Shown in pieces: positions 26,931 through 42,049 of a stretch of 64,000 nucleotides of DNA. The stretch covers positions 182,280,001-182,344,000 of the forward strand of contig OX597815.1 in NCBI GenBank assembly GCA_951406725.2, in the 5' to 3' direction. The notes beneath the pieces were generated by a model, which ran no database searches, was not told the origin of the DNA, and saw only the letters and a list, made by a program, of their open reading frames with translations. Numbering within the stretch: position 1 is the stretch's first letter; each line of letters opens with the position of its first letter. The DNA is from Octopus vulgaris (Eukaryota). The position numbers were made by a program, and so were the translations under genes.

Positions 26931-28672
26931 GAAATACAGATATGTATTCTGCTTGTAAACTGAATAATTCATTCTTTATTTTTTATATATATTTACCCTC
27001 CAGAAGACGTTTTACGTTTTGCTCACATTTTGCTGAACTTTTACAGAAGCTCTAAAGAATTCATTGACCGTGTGACTATTTAAATGGCACATCTAACTCA
27101 TTTCTCAGGCAACCCGTTTCTCGAAATAAGGCTGCCTATCTGAAGATTATACCAATCCGCCCTCCAAAATTGTTTCGAAAATTAGCGCAAGACCTGCAAT
27201 TTCAGTGAGAGATTACCCGAATAAATCACTCCAGGATTAAACGGGTATTTTATTTTCATTCACCCTGGAGGTCACAAAGGCAAAGTATTATTCGATGACA
27301 TGGGAACTGAGAAGGCAAAGTGCAGTAACTATTGGAAAGCATTTTGTTACAAATTTACACTTGGAGAAACTTACAAATTAATTCGCAGAAAGACTCATGA
27401 GTACTGTCTTTTCTATTAATGGTTACAAAGAAATGAAGTACTACTAGCATTTCTGAAATGTATTGCCAATTTCATTCACTATCCCACTGGGAAATATATA
27501 TTCTTTTAAACATTTATTAGTATACGTTTATATTCTTTTATCGATATTAAAGAATATAATATTATTTTAATAGTGGTTCTTAGTCCATAAAAGAGTCTTA
27601 AAGGAGATACAATTTAAAATCAATCTGAATAGAATTTTCGTTTATTATATACCTTTTATAACCATTAACTTTTAATAATGAAAATCAGATTCTCAGAGCA
27701 AGCTTCGTATAATGTCTATAAGAAAAGTCAAGTCCAGTATATTTTCTCCAACAATACTAAGACGAAATTTGTTTTATGGACATTTTACATATGCGTAATA
27801 GGATGTGAATTGAATCGTAACAGCCTTTGCTGAAAATATGCATAAAATGATTACTAAATATCGACAGGGCAGTAAGGATTTGCCCAGGAAACAAGTAATA
27901 AGGACTTGTAATATTTCCGTTGTTTAAACTCACCCACTTATCACCACAATAAAAGATTGAGAATGGGCATCAAGAATTACTATGGTAAGCAACTCAAATA
28001 TATGAATCCCCAATCTAATATTGTAGGAACAAATGAAAGCCTTCTATGCATAACTACTAGTAAATATTGCTTTGAAATTTTACCGTTCGGCATAACTAAT
28101 ACCTTTTTCATATAAGAATCATCGATTTTCTATTCTGTATTAATTAATATTTAATAATGACTGTATTTTCTTCTTGTTCAACCGAAACAAATAAAAGAAT
28201 AAAGAATATAATAATTCTAGTGAATAATCTGATTTAAAGGCCGTTTAGCATTTAAATGACAAATATTTAATTTTTTTACTTAGATTGTTTTGTTGTTATA
28301 TGTTCTTAATGGCGTCTTAAATATTTCCTGACGAATATTATTTGATACATAAATTGTATATATCGTTAACGGGAGATACGGCTATAATGCCGCTGCTGGA
28401 CATGTGCCACCGACGAACCCATAGTAGGATGATTTAGTTGTTCCGACAACCGTAGTAGACGGTTCTCGTCTACCAACAATATAATTACGAGTGCTTATAT
28501 GCACCACGAGTCATTATGACAGAACGTCTCAAGGTAAATCACGCGGTATTCTGCTTTCTTTCAAAACCTCCACCTTAAGATAGAGATCAAGATTACCTTT
28601 TGGTATTATTACTTCTTCTGTCACCAGAAAATTATCTAAAATGCTACCAAGTATAAACCATACGAATTGTCA

Positions 28673-28724
<52 letters not shown>

Positions 28725-28931
28725 ATAAATCTTAGGGGTTAGCCATATTCAAATGGCAAATATACGTCACTATATATATATATATATATATATCAGCTCA
28801 CCCACACATGCATTCACGCGCCTCCGCCCCATTCAAACATACATACTCATACACACAGTTCTTACATACACACGCAATTGCGCATCCCATTTCAGCCGAC
28901 ATTTGAAATTTGCTTCTCTCTTTCTTAATTT

Positions 28932-28967
<36 letters not shown>

Positions 28968-29027
28968 CATATATATACATATACATACATAAACATATAA
29001 ATACATAAACACAGACATACTGCATAA

Positions 29028-29084
<57 letters not shown>

Positions 29085-29146
29085 TACACACATAGATATA
29101 TATACATACAAACATACAAACATACAAACACACATACATGCCTTCA

Positions 29147-29179
<33 letters not shown>

Positions 29180-29666
29180 CTGCTTCGAATGTGGTATTCA
29201 GGAAAGGTGTTGCGTCTGTAGGGAGTGAATAAGCGCGATGGTGAGGTGGATGTAGACTGTCCTGAGGAATTATGATGTGTGTAGAAGGAACAGTGATTAA
29301 AGACGAAACGTATATTTAAAAGTTCAAGTGACTTGAACCGGGTTTCAGCTGACACGTATATTGAATTATTGCGGCAGTCTCTATAAATTAAAATTACATA
29401 TACACCCATATATTCACATATATAGACACACACATATAATATTACAATATTCATATATACGTTATGTATTCTCTGCAACTATGCATAATGTCTAACACAA
29501 TTAATCTCACTTTAAATAATTTATAACGAAGAATTATTGGTGCTCTTTTGATATTGGACCTTAGTGCAATAAAATTTATCTTTGAAACAAACGCGATTTC
29601 TAAATTTGGCAAGGCATTCATTATTATCGATTAGATAAGCTTCAGTTCATTACGGCTATCTGCTTA

Positions 29667-30070
29667 TTAGGTTGTCAGGTAGGAAATTTGTAGAAAAGAA
29701 AAAAGTTTCTAATCTTTTATAAATACAATGAAAAGTTTTATTCATCAAAGTATGCACCCATATTCTCAATACACTTTCGCCATTTCAGCGATAGCTTCTC
29801 CAACCAGAACTGTAAAAGCCTGGCAATCTAGAGTCAATAAAATCTTGGAAGGTCTGTTTTACAGCATCGTCGGAATTAATTTTTTTCCTATCAAAAAATT
29901 ATCCAAATTCTGGAAGAAGTGGTAGTCTGTGGGGGCAAGCTCAGGTGAATATGGTGGATGATGGAGAACTTCCAACTCCAGCCCCTGTAGTATTGCCAGT
30001 GTCATATTTGCGATGTTTGGTCTGGCATTGTCTTGCAATAAAATAGGAGTGGATCTGTTGACTAAAAATG
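29667..30070 (-). mobile_element. mariner (DD34D-type) transposon 3' fragment with TIR
   Basis: Minus strand LLQDNARP..LHHPPYSPELAPTDYHFFQNLDNFL..GAYFDE; terminus TA-TTAGGTTG at 29665. Confidence 0.88.
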
Positions 30071-30399
30071 ATAGGCATTATCATATATTAAATGACAAAG
30101 AATCAAATATATATAAAAATTGGAGTAAAATGTTGATGGATAAATGCGTAAGTAATTTATTGGTTAAATATTTTTCTAATACAAGTTAGATTTTTAATGT
30201 CCGCACGGTCCCGCGATCGGCTACCACTTGTAAAAATATCCTAATGCTGTGCAAGTCAACAGCGCACCGACGTATCCCCACTGCAGAAAAATCACAAACA
30301 ATTCAAATGCACACCGTTTGATTTAGCCCAAGAATAAAAACGGAAAATATAGTTTCAATATGACATAAGAAAATGAAGCGTGAAATACAAGCACCACTA

Positions 30400-32400
30400 G
30401 AAAACAAAATCGATCGATACTCAAAGGAAATTATTATCATCTAAATAAAGAAACGAAGTTTATTGTCCAAATCTTGCATATAAAATAGAGACGTTTTATC
30501 TGAACAGAAGAAAATACTTCTATATGTGTATTTTACAAACGCAATCTACCAAAAATCACGAATCTGTGCCAATATTTAAGATAAAATTTCGAGAGGAAAT
30601 AATAATAATCGGAAAACAAGTTTGGATCTCAATAGAGTAGGTAATTTAAGAACACACATTTATAAAGCTACAAACGATATCTCTTATATACATAGACCAC
30701 TGAACAGAAAGGATACATAGCGAAAAGAGAAATAACAAGGAAACAAAAGGAAAATAAATTACTCAAAAAATAAACCACCAAGATAAACATAATATCTGCA
30801 AAACCAAAATAAAATAACAAATCACATCAAAATCAAAGTCGAAATTACTTTACACAATACTGACCAACTCACACACCAAGAACAGGGCAAATAGACATAT
30901 AAATGTCTAAAACTACGAGAAAATTCTAATGATAAAAATTACGTGTATCTCAAATGATAATAATGGCAATTATGGCAAGAAGCTGAAAGGAGGTACTTTC
31001 CAAGCATAGAACGTTACGGTGAAATGGCAACAATAAGAAAATACAAATCGCAGACCCAGATAAAATAGACACGGACATCAATATCACCAGGATAAACAAA
31101 AATATTATATACTGCAGTCGAAATAGTTACAAAGGAAATTGGGTACTCACTAAGAGCTACCCGTATAAATATAAAGTAAACAGTGGGGAAATGAAATATA
31201 CAAGAGAAGCTAAAAAAATAAAGAAGATATATCGGTTTTTGCGAAAAAGAAAGGAGGCAACTGAGAAAAATACGACAAAATATCTCATATAACAAAGTAA
31301 AATGATAAAGAGTTATGAATGGGGTCATTGAAAGAAAAGATTTGAAATGAAGAAACGTCGGAAACAACAAGTAACCACTGTTAGCCACAAATAATCTGTC
31401 GTTAATGAACGCAGCAATTTCTTGACACAGTTCCAATTCAGCCTAAAACCAAGAAAAAGGAGAAATTCAAAAGGAATTTCATGAAGAATTAACAGCAAGA
31501 CAAAATCAATTCTGATAAGGAGTTTGAATGTAATGAAATCATCGAAAGTCAGCGACAACAATCAAACAAAATATGGAAGTCCATATCAAATCTCGTTACA
31601 GTCCAAAGGATGGAAAAGACTAACTACTGGGAGGCACAAGAAAAATATAGCTTACTAAACTCCTAAATATTCAACAGTGATGCAGAAAGCGAGTGCGGAA
31701 ATATTTAACACTATACTGCAAGAATGGAAAGACGCTTGGCTGTTTCATTGAAGGAATACCATGTTAATATTAGAACTAAATAAACAGCAACCCGCTCAAA
31801 ATTACATAACTATAGCATGTCCTGTCCTACAACTTACAAATTTAGTCTGATATTTAGAGCTCCTCAGTTTTACAAAAGCCTGGCTAAAGACATTTTAAAT
31901 ATAGAAGCGATCTCAACTGAAACTTTCCGAAAAACATTACGACGACACAGGATCACCCAACCAGGGAAGATCTCAGGGAAGATCAAAATCTACAAATTCA
32001 ATTACAGGCCAACGTCCAGCCAAATAAATTAAGGCTGTAGTCGAGCATGGCCGCAATCCTACGACTGAAACCACTGACAGAATAAAAGAATAAAATAAAA
32101 TAATGGAGATAATGGCATTTTGCAACTAAAGAGCTAGTATAAATATTCACTATTAAACTAAAATTACCTAGTAAGGAGCAATGAAGAACTAATGCTAACT
32201 GCTGCGAACCCAAACAGAAGCATAATCGACAGTTTTCTGACATCAAAGACGCTTCAAAGATGCAAACAAATACAGTAATAACATATTCACTGATATTCCA
32301 GAGAGCTGCTGAACTGAATAAAAGTTATTGTATGCAAATACTTCTTATATATCGGAAACAAATTTCGTCAAGGCATACGACAGTCGAGTGCATATCATTT
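30400..32400 (+). pseudogene. Highly decayed R4/Dong-like relic
   Basis: Collinear remnants such as TKEIGYSL (cf TKEAGYSL), aactactgggaggcac (cf NWKAP), NY..IAC..PTTYK (cf YRPITCLPTMYK) and FVKAYDS (cf YKKAFDS). Confidence 0.55.
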
Positions 32401-32699
32401 CAGTTTAATCGTTGCTTTATGGCTTGAAGTTGGTCGGTGGTTGAATTTGTAGTTGCTGACCTTCCTTCAGTGTATCCTTGAAAGTGTGGCTGGTCCTGTA
32501 TTGTCGTTATGACTTTATCCAATGAACGTTTCAGTAGTGATCGCTTGTATATTTGTAATTTCTTTAGGTAGGCAGTCAGAAAACTGAAGACCTCTAAGTA
32601 TCAAATAGGTATAAAGTGTTTTCCAATTCGTGAATTAAATCTCTCCCTAATGCCGAAGTTTGGAAGATGCTCATCCAAGATTTTTCACACTTCTATGAT

Positions 32700-35600
32700 A
32701 TTAGTTCTTTCCCTTCGTCGTTCAAGAGAGCTTCCAGAGGTTTCTAGTAATTAAAGGCTTTTAGCCAAAGTTGTTTTACTGGTGAACGTTCTTTGTAACC
32801 TTTCAATCTCAAGTAAGACGAAACACGTCTGGTGTTCTCGTACGTCATTGCTGGGATGGCGCTCATCTCGTTCCGATATAACATAGCCAGTCTTTTTAAC
32901 ACATGTCTATGAAGAAATTTCCTCTCGGAGAAAAGCCGTAGCATTCTGGTTGTCGACTTTATATACGTTAAATATGATACATAATTGCTATTTTATTTGA
33001 ATTCTGTTTCACTTGCGTATACGTAACATTTTGTATGTGAGAGAATGGCTAGAATAACTCTTTTTATGGCTAAATTGTTCATTTGTTTCATCACACGTTC
33101 TTTTATCAAGTCATCCGTTACACAAATACAATTGTACAAAGAAATATACTGTCTTAGCAAGTTTAGTCTAGTTTTCTTTATTAACAAATATATTCTTAGC
33201 AATAGTATTTCTTTGATATGATTTTCACGTTTTATGATTTATAATAGCTGCGCTTTATGCGTATAAATGACTCTTCGGGACATATTCTGCTTCTTTCGTG
33301 GGTTGTTATAATTTTGCAGTGACGGGATTTAGAATTAATAGATGAACAAGTTTCTAGGCTTATAGTTTTAGTGATTTCTAGTATTTTCTTGTCGTTGAAA
33401 TTATAGTTTCATTCTACAAATGATTAGTTGTTAATTCTGGTTCACGAAGACTTTCTTTGAATGCCGCCATCTCAAATTCATGTGTACTGTAAATTAATCA
33501 TGAATGTAGCACAATTTATCGAGGAATTTCAAATCGTCTTTTTTTGTCTCTAGTTTCAGCTCAGAGCTGTGGCCATGCTGATGCACCGCCGTTTTGCTTA
33601 CAGCTTCTAAAGTGTTTTTTTAGTTCTTTGTTGGTTACATACCTTATGTTTGCATTACTGTTATATGTTATACTATTCTTTTACTTGCTTCAGTTATCTG
33701 ACTGCGGTCATGCTGGAGCACCACCAGTTTATTCTTTCTCCATTGCAGCCCTTAACATTTTTTACTGCAGTTAATGTGTATGGTAATATTCTATCCCAGT
33801 ATGTGTGACCTTTTGATATTGATGCATTATTAAGGCGTCGAGCTAGCAGAACCTTTAGGGCCCTCTGCCTAGAATATAAAAGGATATTGATCATTATTTA
33901 ACAATTACCAAGTCCTGTGAATGCTAATCGAAAATATACTTGTATACGAAAGGCGGCGAGCTGGCAGAATCGTTGGAAAACCGGGCGAAATGCTTCGAAG
34001 TATTTCGTCTGTCTTTACGTTCTGAATTCAAATTCCGCTGAGGTCGACGTTGCCTTTCATCCTTTCAGGGTCGATAAATTAAGTACCAGTCTAATCGACT
34101 GGCTCCCCTCCCCAAAATTTCAGGCCTTGTACTTAGAAAATAATATGCTTGTATGCAATTCAAACATTTAACCAATTGAGCGCATACCAGGATGGAATAT
34201 AAAAAGGCACACTGTACATAGAAGACATCGTTTCAGCAAATCATATAATGAAAAATAAGTAAAAAGAAAAACTTTGAAAACGCAAGTACATATTTTTCAT
34301 TATATGATATGCTGAAACAGCATTTGGCTTTTCTTGTGTGTTTTTTGTGTTTCCTTTTCAAATTTGATGAGAAAATGTAACACTACAATACTTTTAGCAA
34401 CTTTATGTAAAACATTTTCTTATATGTAAGGTTTTGAGGCTTGGATATTTATGGGTCAAACAATCACGATCAAATCCGGTTTCCTCCTATAATACAACTT
34501 AAGTAGAAGAAATCCTTAAATGATTTTTATTTACATATTCTATGTCCGTGGACAGCCAATCTTACAGACTCCTGGGACATTTATTTAATATTTTTTATAG
34601 CTGTTTCTTAGGTGGGGCCTGAATAAGGCTTTAAGTTGATCCATATTCAACGTTTTTGTTATTATACCTTTTTATCATTTTGTTTATTGTATTTGTTAGC
34701 ATTTCATTAATGAATATTTAATTCAACTGTTCTGATATTCATCTTTATTCTACTTTCTGTTAAGTGTTTATGCGAGGACAGATTTTCGTTGTGGAAACGT
34801 ATTTGTTTAAATGCTTTCTTTCAGCTCTTTTAATGTTTTCAATTTGTTGTGATGTAAAGCGTTTTCTATTATGTGTTATGTTTAGTATCATTTTTTATTA
34901 TTTACAAGGTTAATTTATTATATTATTTGTGTATGCAACCTCGCTAATATGTTCCTTTTCCTTCGAATTCGAAAGTATATGCATGGTTGGTTATATCATG
35001 AACTTTTCATTGGTCTGTTGGGACTTATATATTTTGTAAGTCACCACTCGCTACTTTATTTTCAGTCACTATTCTTTCTATGTATCAGTGTATTTCTGTG
35101 ACTATTTTATTTAAATTGTTTATCATGAATCTCGGTACGCACGCCAATGTTTCTGAATGTTTTTCACTCATCGTATTTTTCTGTTTTTTATCATGCTTAT
35201 GTGTATTAGATTTTATATTGCTATAGAGCTTGAGAGTAGTATATCAATAGACCCATCTTTGCACAACATTATCTTTTAATTTTGTTTTCATATTGGCACT
35301 CCAGTGACACGGGGCAAAACGTTTTGTTAGGAGGTAATCTTTTGAGAAAACACTGCTTCTAAACAATACATTACATTGGTTTCTTATCATGCTCGAATTA
35401 AGTACACGCTACGCACTTCATCATATAGTGTAATTCAGCGGATATTGCTTTTATTACTGTTTGATTTAGTAATGGAAAAATAGTTGTTCTGTATTGCAAT
35501 AGCATTGATTTTACTTTAAGTTATTTTGCGAATTCTGTTCTATATTTATTCGTTGTTTTTTAATGTGTTGTATGATATAACCCTTAAATTGTTTGTATAA

Positions 35601-36250
35601 TAAACGCATATGAGAAATGAAATAAGACCTAATCTTATTTAGTTTTCGCTACTATCATTTTCAATAACCTTGTTTTCATTGTGCGTTTGTTATATACAAC
35701 CAAGCGTAGCAGTATGTATGCTGAATATGTTGTACTTTTGATTTGTATTTTTATTGCATTGAATTTATTCTACTTAATGTGCAAACCGCATATCAATGCT
35801 CTTTTCCGAATGTTGTTTATACATGTAAGCCATTAGGGCTTTGGGTACGTATTTCCCGCAACTTTTTTAATCATTTCAAAGCTATAATTACGGACATCGT
35901 TTTTATTTTTAATATCCGATTTTTTATATGCGTATTTCCAGATTTATATTCGAAAACTTTCTTCTATTATTATTTATTGAAACTTATAGAGGTGGAGTCA
36001 CACTGTTTCCTGTTGATCGTTGATAAATATATTTTGTCGATTCCTTTTGCCTCGTTGCATTGTGTATGTGGATCGATATATTCACTTGGGTAATTGCTTT
36101 GTTATCCTCCGTGATTTTGAGAAATATCATATTTATAGAACCTGATACATTGATGGTTATTTTAATTTACTACTGTTTAAATTTTGTACACCATTTTTTT
36201 TCATCCCGACACCTCTCCTTCAATATCAATGTTTGTATTATTCAGTGTCC
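32700..36250 (-). pseudogene. Further decayed N-terminal R4/Dong-like relic(s), interrupted by SINEs
   Basis: Minus-strand tgcgggaaatacgtacc (~35850) resembles ttcgggaagtacgtact (~2900); MKQMNNLAI..YVYAS (~33050) resembles IINNINLAV..LVYAA. Confidence 0.4.
33951..34140 (+). mobile_element. SINE family B
   Basis: ggcggcgagctggcag..gcctttcatcctttc..ccaaaatttcaggccttgt; decayed direct repeat atat(a/g)cttgtat on both flanks. Confidence 0.85.
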
Positions 36251-37161
36251 TATATAATGGAGGGGAGAGATTTTGTCTTGGGTGTGACATTCGATTACAA
36301 GTCATTGACAGGGCTCAAGGAAGTCGAAAAGCGGCACATTCTCATGCATCACTAATAGAATGATGGTCGTCTCGCCCCGACATGCGTTTGTTTTCATCAC
36401 ATGTCTTTAGAGTGATTTACTCAGACAAAAGAACCAAGGTCTCATGCCAGTCAACAGCACACACCTGTTAAAAAGGATATGTAGTTTACTATTACACAAA
36501 ATTACAGTTTTAAATTCATTTCATGAAGTGTCAACATTTTCACTACCTAACTGCAACATTTTCCCAAAAGCTGTTCCACTGCAATGCTTCAAATTTCTCA
36601 AATTTCCAGTTCATCTAGAGCTCAGCTATATATTCTTTTCCTGTAACATATGGAGCTTGGAGACGTATATTTTCAATGTACTCGTGTTGAGTGACTTTGA
36701 CCTCATGGCATCAGTCATCGGCTGATCATCGGTTGTCACTCTCATGTTCCACGTTTTGGCTGTTTATATTTTGATTATATCAGTCTCTTCATTTCGTCTG
36801 TTCTCTCTTTCGATGATTTCTTTTTGAAGGTTTTTAAAAAAAATTATGCTTATTTTCTCGATGTAAACATAAGGCAAAGATGAATATTTTTTAAATACTA
36901 GTATAAGTCTATGGAAATTAAGTTTCCGCTTTATAGATTAAATTATATATTAAAATTATTGGAAAAGAAGGATCAAAGGGTTTACTCAAAAATACTATCG
37001 ATAAACTTGTATATATATATATAATTACATTTATAATTATATAGTTAATACCATAGCTACAAAGACACACACACACACAAGCACACACACACAAACACAC
37101 TCATACACTCATACACGCACATAAACACACATACACACACATATATGTGTGTGTGAGTTTG

Positions 37162-37215
<54 letters not shown>

Positions 37216-38195
37216 ACATTCACTTTACACTGTAACAGATTTACTGAAAAAAACATACTTCCATTGATTTTTTTATTATCACGTACAATGGTACATTGGT
37301 CTCTCAATAGATTGGATGCACACACTCTCACGCATAGACACACACACCACGCTCATACACACACGCACACACACATACATACATGTATATATATATATAT
37401 ACACCCATGCATGTGTGCGCTTGTATAAATTTATACGCATGCTTGTACATACATATATAAGGATGCATGTATGTGATTTAATGTGTAATTACAAATATAT
37501 CAACATTATTTCTCTGTGTCCAACCCCTTTGTTGTTTCTGTTTGTAACAAACATATTTAAAATATAATTTAATCAATATAGGGAAAAAACCTAATTTCTG
37601 TAGAATTATAGCACAATAGAAACTTGTTCAAATATACTATATGCTTGAAAATAGTGAACAAAATGGAAACAATTTTAAAACCAATCTTTAAGAAGAGAAA
37701 ACTGAAAAGTAGGTGGAATGATATCATTGATGAAAGCAAATTTCTAAGCAACATAATCCCAAAATATACAGCACGAAAATGACAAAGGATGATCAAACGA
37801 TGACGGAATTTGAGGTTGAAATTACTAAGCACGAATATAAGAAAAGTATATATACACCTACATTCCGCGTCAAATGAGATGAAAGTAAAAGAAAACTGAT
37901 ATCTATAATATCCTATGACGCTCAAACTTTTAAACAGTTCCAATGACCAAAATGCAAATGTGTGAGAACAATTTGGCAACACATGCAATAGATTAAAAGT
38001 AAATGTTTGTGTTATTGTAAATGTCTAGAATGAGTCTTTCTCGGGAGAATTGTTTTATCCTCAACACATGGTCTCAGGACCAGTTATTCATCAGGTAAGC
38101 ACGATTGCAAATGCTCCAAGAAAAGGGTGAATCTATTTCAGCCAGCTTGCTTTTAGCCAACGGCGATTCTGGATGATAGAATTACTTGTATACAA

Positions 38196-38430
38196 GGCGG
38201 CGAGCTGGCAGAAGCGTTAGCGCGCCGAGCAAAATGCTTAGCGGTATTTCGTCTGCCGTTACGTTCTGGGTTCAAATTCCGCCGAGGTCGACTTTGCCTT
38301 TCATCCTTTTGGGGTCGATAAATTAAGTACCAGTTACGCACTGGAGACGATGTAATCGACTTAATCTCTTTGTCTATTCTAGTTTGTCCCCTCTATGTTT
38401 AGCCGCTTGTGGGCAATAAATAAATAAGAA
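38196..38430 (+). mobile_element. SINE family B, full length
   Basis: Family consensus blocks; tacttgtat on both flanks. Confidence 0.9.
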
Positions 38431-39059
38431 ATACTTGTATGGATTACTTGTATATAATTAATTCTTCGTAATATGTTATTATTATAACTAGCAAATTTTG
38501 ACACAATAAAATCCTCCAACAGAATATGCTTATCAACCGAATTCGTTTCCTTAGAAGATAGTTGGCATAATTCATAATTGTATTCCCAGAGAGTCGGCGA
38601 AAGAGAGGATAGAAGAGTAGGATTAGATAGTATACCAAAAGAAATCTCTGCATTTGCTTTTTTCTTTAAAATATATTTGTGCTAAAAAGAGCTCATCTAA
38701 AATATTTCTAAGTTATACTCATCGGTACGATATTTTTTTCTCAGCCAATAAAAAGATTATTGCAGCTCCATTTTTACAGTGAAAGTAAATACAATGATGC
38801 ATAATTCCGTATATTTCTTTGTTCAAAACACACGACGTTTTGGTACGCTAGAAATAATAGTTAAGATAAGCTTTCCTTCTTTCTAAATGAGAAACCATTG
38901 ACCATATAAAGATATCTGATTTCAAGCAAAAGAAAATCTGCACTAAAATAATAAGCAAATATAAAGGAACAAACTAACACATATGTACACCCATACATAC
39001 ACACATACGTATTTACATAATCACATACACATGCAGTGTATATAAAAAGTCTCTTCGCA

Positions 39060-39235
39060 GTGAATTCTTTTCATCCTGCGCATCACCATGGCGCTACTTC
39101 GAGCGTTTTCGATGATCGGATTATTTGGAAGGGACTTTGGCCACCGCGATCACCTGATTTAATACCGCCAGCCTTTTTTGTCTGGGGAGCAAATAAAGGA
39201 TCAGTGTTCAAGAATCGCCCGAAAATCATTAAATA
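39060..39235 (+). mobile_element. Tc1/mariner-superfamily transposase fragment
   Basis: PAHH..VFDDRIIWKGLWPPRSPDLIPPAFFVWGANKGSVF. Confidence 0.75.
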
Positions 39236-40112
39236 CTTACTGCGGAGAGACTTTTGGAGCACCTCGTATAAACGAATGTATGCGTGCGTGTGAGTATGCG
39301 CTTGTGTCTGTATGTCTGAAAATATGTTTGTATTAACATAAGTATATCCTGGGGTACTTTAAACCATAGAATCGCATATTTAAACTGATTATACATTCAC
39401 AATTATTGCAAACATTGCGTACAAACGGATTATATCAAGTATGTTATTGTTGGTAGATTGAAATATGTCAGTATTTAAATTGTTTATAGCGTGAGCCGGA
39501 AAAACTCATCCTCCTGATAATTTGCTGTCAAATTTCAATTCATTTTAATTAAGCTGATAATGCTCTTCACTTGGTGTGGATACCTCAAGTCCCCAATTCC
39601 CCCTCTAATAAATGTCCCCTTTTTGTGTAGCAAGAAGAAAGAAAGAAAAAACAAACAATATTACACAAACAATGATAATTTACTGAGGTGGTTAATGAGA
39701 TTGAATCAAAGTTTACTTTTGCATTGTATTATGCCCAGATTAATACTAGATAATCTGTTGTTTTAGTTAAGGTAGTATAATATTGCCGGATTATATTATA
39801 TGGGTAAAACAGCAAATGTTCATACAAAATATCAGATTAAATGAAAAGCAATAACATTGTTTTAAAAGACAACATTAAATGTTAAATAATTCTAGAAACA
39901 TAAAACCAGTTCATTTAATATCTTGTTTAAAACGCTTTGATATTCCTTGAAGGTTATTCGCAAAAACAAAGGAAAATTGACTTCAATTTTGTTTTTAATA
40001 TTCGCTGTTGTGATTAACACATGCCGCCTAATCTGTGTTTTGTTATACTACTGGCTTTTGTCCTACAGTTATTCGATTCATACTACAGTTATTCGATGTA
40101 TTAGTTTGAGAC

Positions 40113-40331
40113 AGTCTCCGGGAAGTTCGTGCCGATTTATAGTAGCTTACCTTTCGACTTACCATCCCAGGCACTTCAATTCTGGGAGAGGTCATTTTCA
40201 AGTTAAAGGAAAGATGGAGACGCATTGCGCAACAAAATGGTTCATATTTGGTTGATTAAAATGTAATGACAAGTATTTATTGACCATTTTCTTTCCTTTA
40301 AAAATCGGCACGAACTTTCCGGACAACCCTA
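40113..40331 (+). mobile_element. Internally deleted mariner (MITE)
   Basis: Left tccgggaagttcgtgccgattt and right aaatcggcacgaactttccggacaacccta are inverted; encodes the C-terminal KLKERWRRIAQQNGSYLVD*. Confidence 0.8.
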
Positions 40332-42017
40332 TAGTATCTTGAAGCAACCATGTAGAAGCACTGTCATTAGTTCATTGTTTATTGTAACTCAAATTCGCAG
40401 CTTCCGCAAAGTGTGATATTTTACAAATACACGAAAACAGACGCTTCATGGTGTAGTTCAGGATAATAAAGAACAACTCCACCCTTAAAGAGTAAAAAAG
40501 AAAAAATAGTACAAGTTATAATCATGCTTATTGAAGTTATTTTACTGCGGTATTTAAAACGTTGACACTTTTAAGCGCCAAACCTTCAATAATGACAATT
40601 CTGTAAATAATCTTAGATAATCAATTACATTTGAAACTTAGGCGATCATAAATTGAAAGCTGCTACTCTATTCATGGAGATGAAACAAACACCTTCTAAT
40701 GTCAGTAAATAATTGTAAAATGTTAATGACAGAAGCAGCTGCGAAACATGAATATTAAATCGTTTTAAGCTTAAGAAAAATTGCCAAGTTAACTGAAACG
40801 ACATTTGCGCATCACATGCTTCATCTAAATTGGAAGCAGTGAGTTCCAGAAAAAGCAACAGTAAAAATCAAAAATAAAAATGAACAAGAGAGCAAGCATA
40901 AATGCGAAAGAGAATAAGAGGCAAAATTTTCATTTCTAGAATTACTTAAAGCCGCAACATTGTTCATACTTTTCTACAGCTGAAAGTTGGATCGAATGCG
41001 ATTTCATAACGAATCCGTAATATATTATATTTTACTATATTGAATATATCTCCCAATAATTGCTTTGATAATAAATGTGTCTGCCTTTATCTCATAGATG
41101 CTGGGAGATGTAACTTGTAAGGCATATATTATTGTAATTTAGAGAATTACATTTGAAAGATAACACTATTACAGAAACTGAGAACAAATGTTCCCAACAC
41201 AGCACGTATTTAATTGAATACTTAAAATGAGAATACTTTGATTTCATGAAGTTCATTAATGATGTTATGGTTCTGAGAAATATAATAGTTTCTATGACCG
41301 GTACAGACAATGGAGTAACTAATAGAATGGTTAATAATTGTATTCCCAAGGTGTTAGTTATGTAGATCCATGAATAACTGAGCTCGTTTTATTAACGCAT
41401 TTGTGCCTCAAAGCAATGTCTAAAAGCGTTTTTATTTTTCTAAACAACTGTAACACTAATCTGAAATAAAGAAGTGTCATTCTACTATAAATATATACAT
41501 TTCTTTATTGCCCACATGGGGCTAAACATAGAGGGGGAGAAACAAGGACACACAACGGGATTAAGTCGATTACATCGACCCCAGTGCGTAACTGGTACTT
41601 TATTTATCGACCCCGAAAGGATGAATGGCAAAGTCGACCTCGGCGCAATTTGAACTCAGAATGTAACGGCAGACGAAATACGGCTACGCATTTCTTCCGG
41701 CGTGCTAACGATTCTACTATAAATATAGAGAACATATGATGCAACCGATATCTGGAAAGCGGATGCCCTTACCGGTTGCATTTCGCCCTTCTCTAGGAGA
41801 CCCATGGTCTGAAGTAGTATATCTTCAAGCGTTATGAAATAGGAAATATTTTTCTGAAGCTGCTGTTACTTTTTTACAGCCTTATAGCCAACAGACGCTG
41901 GTACAGCTCACGCTTGCCACTAAAAGACAGGCAAGCTGTTAATGGAGTACTCTTTACACACTCTCAGAATATTAAGCACGATACACATATACAATCCTCC
42001 GCCAGAAGTGTGTGTGT

Positions 42018-42049
<32 letters not shown>

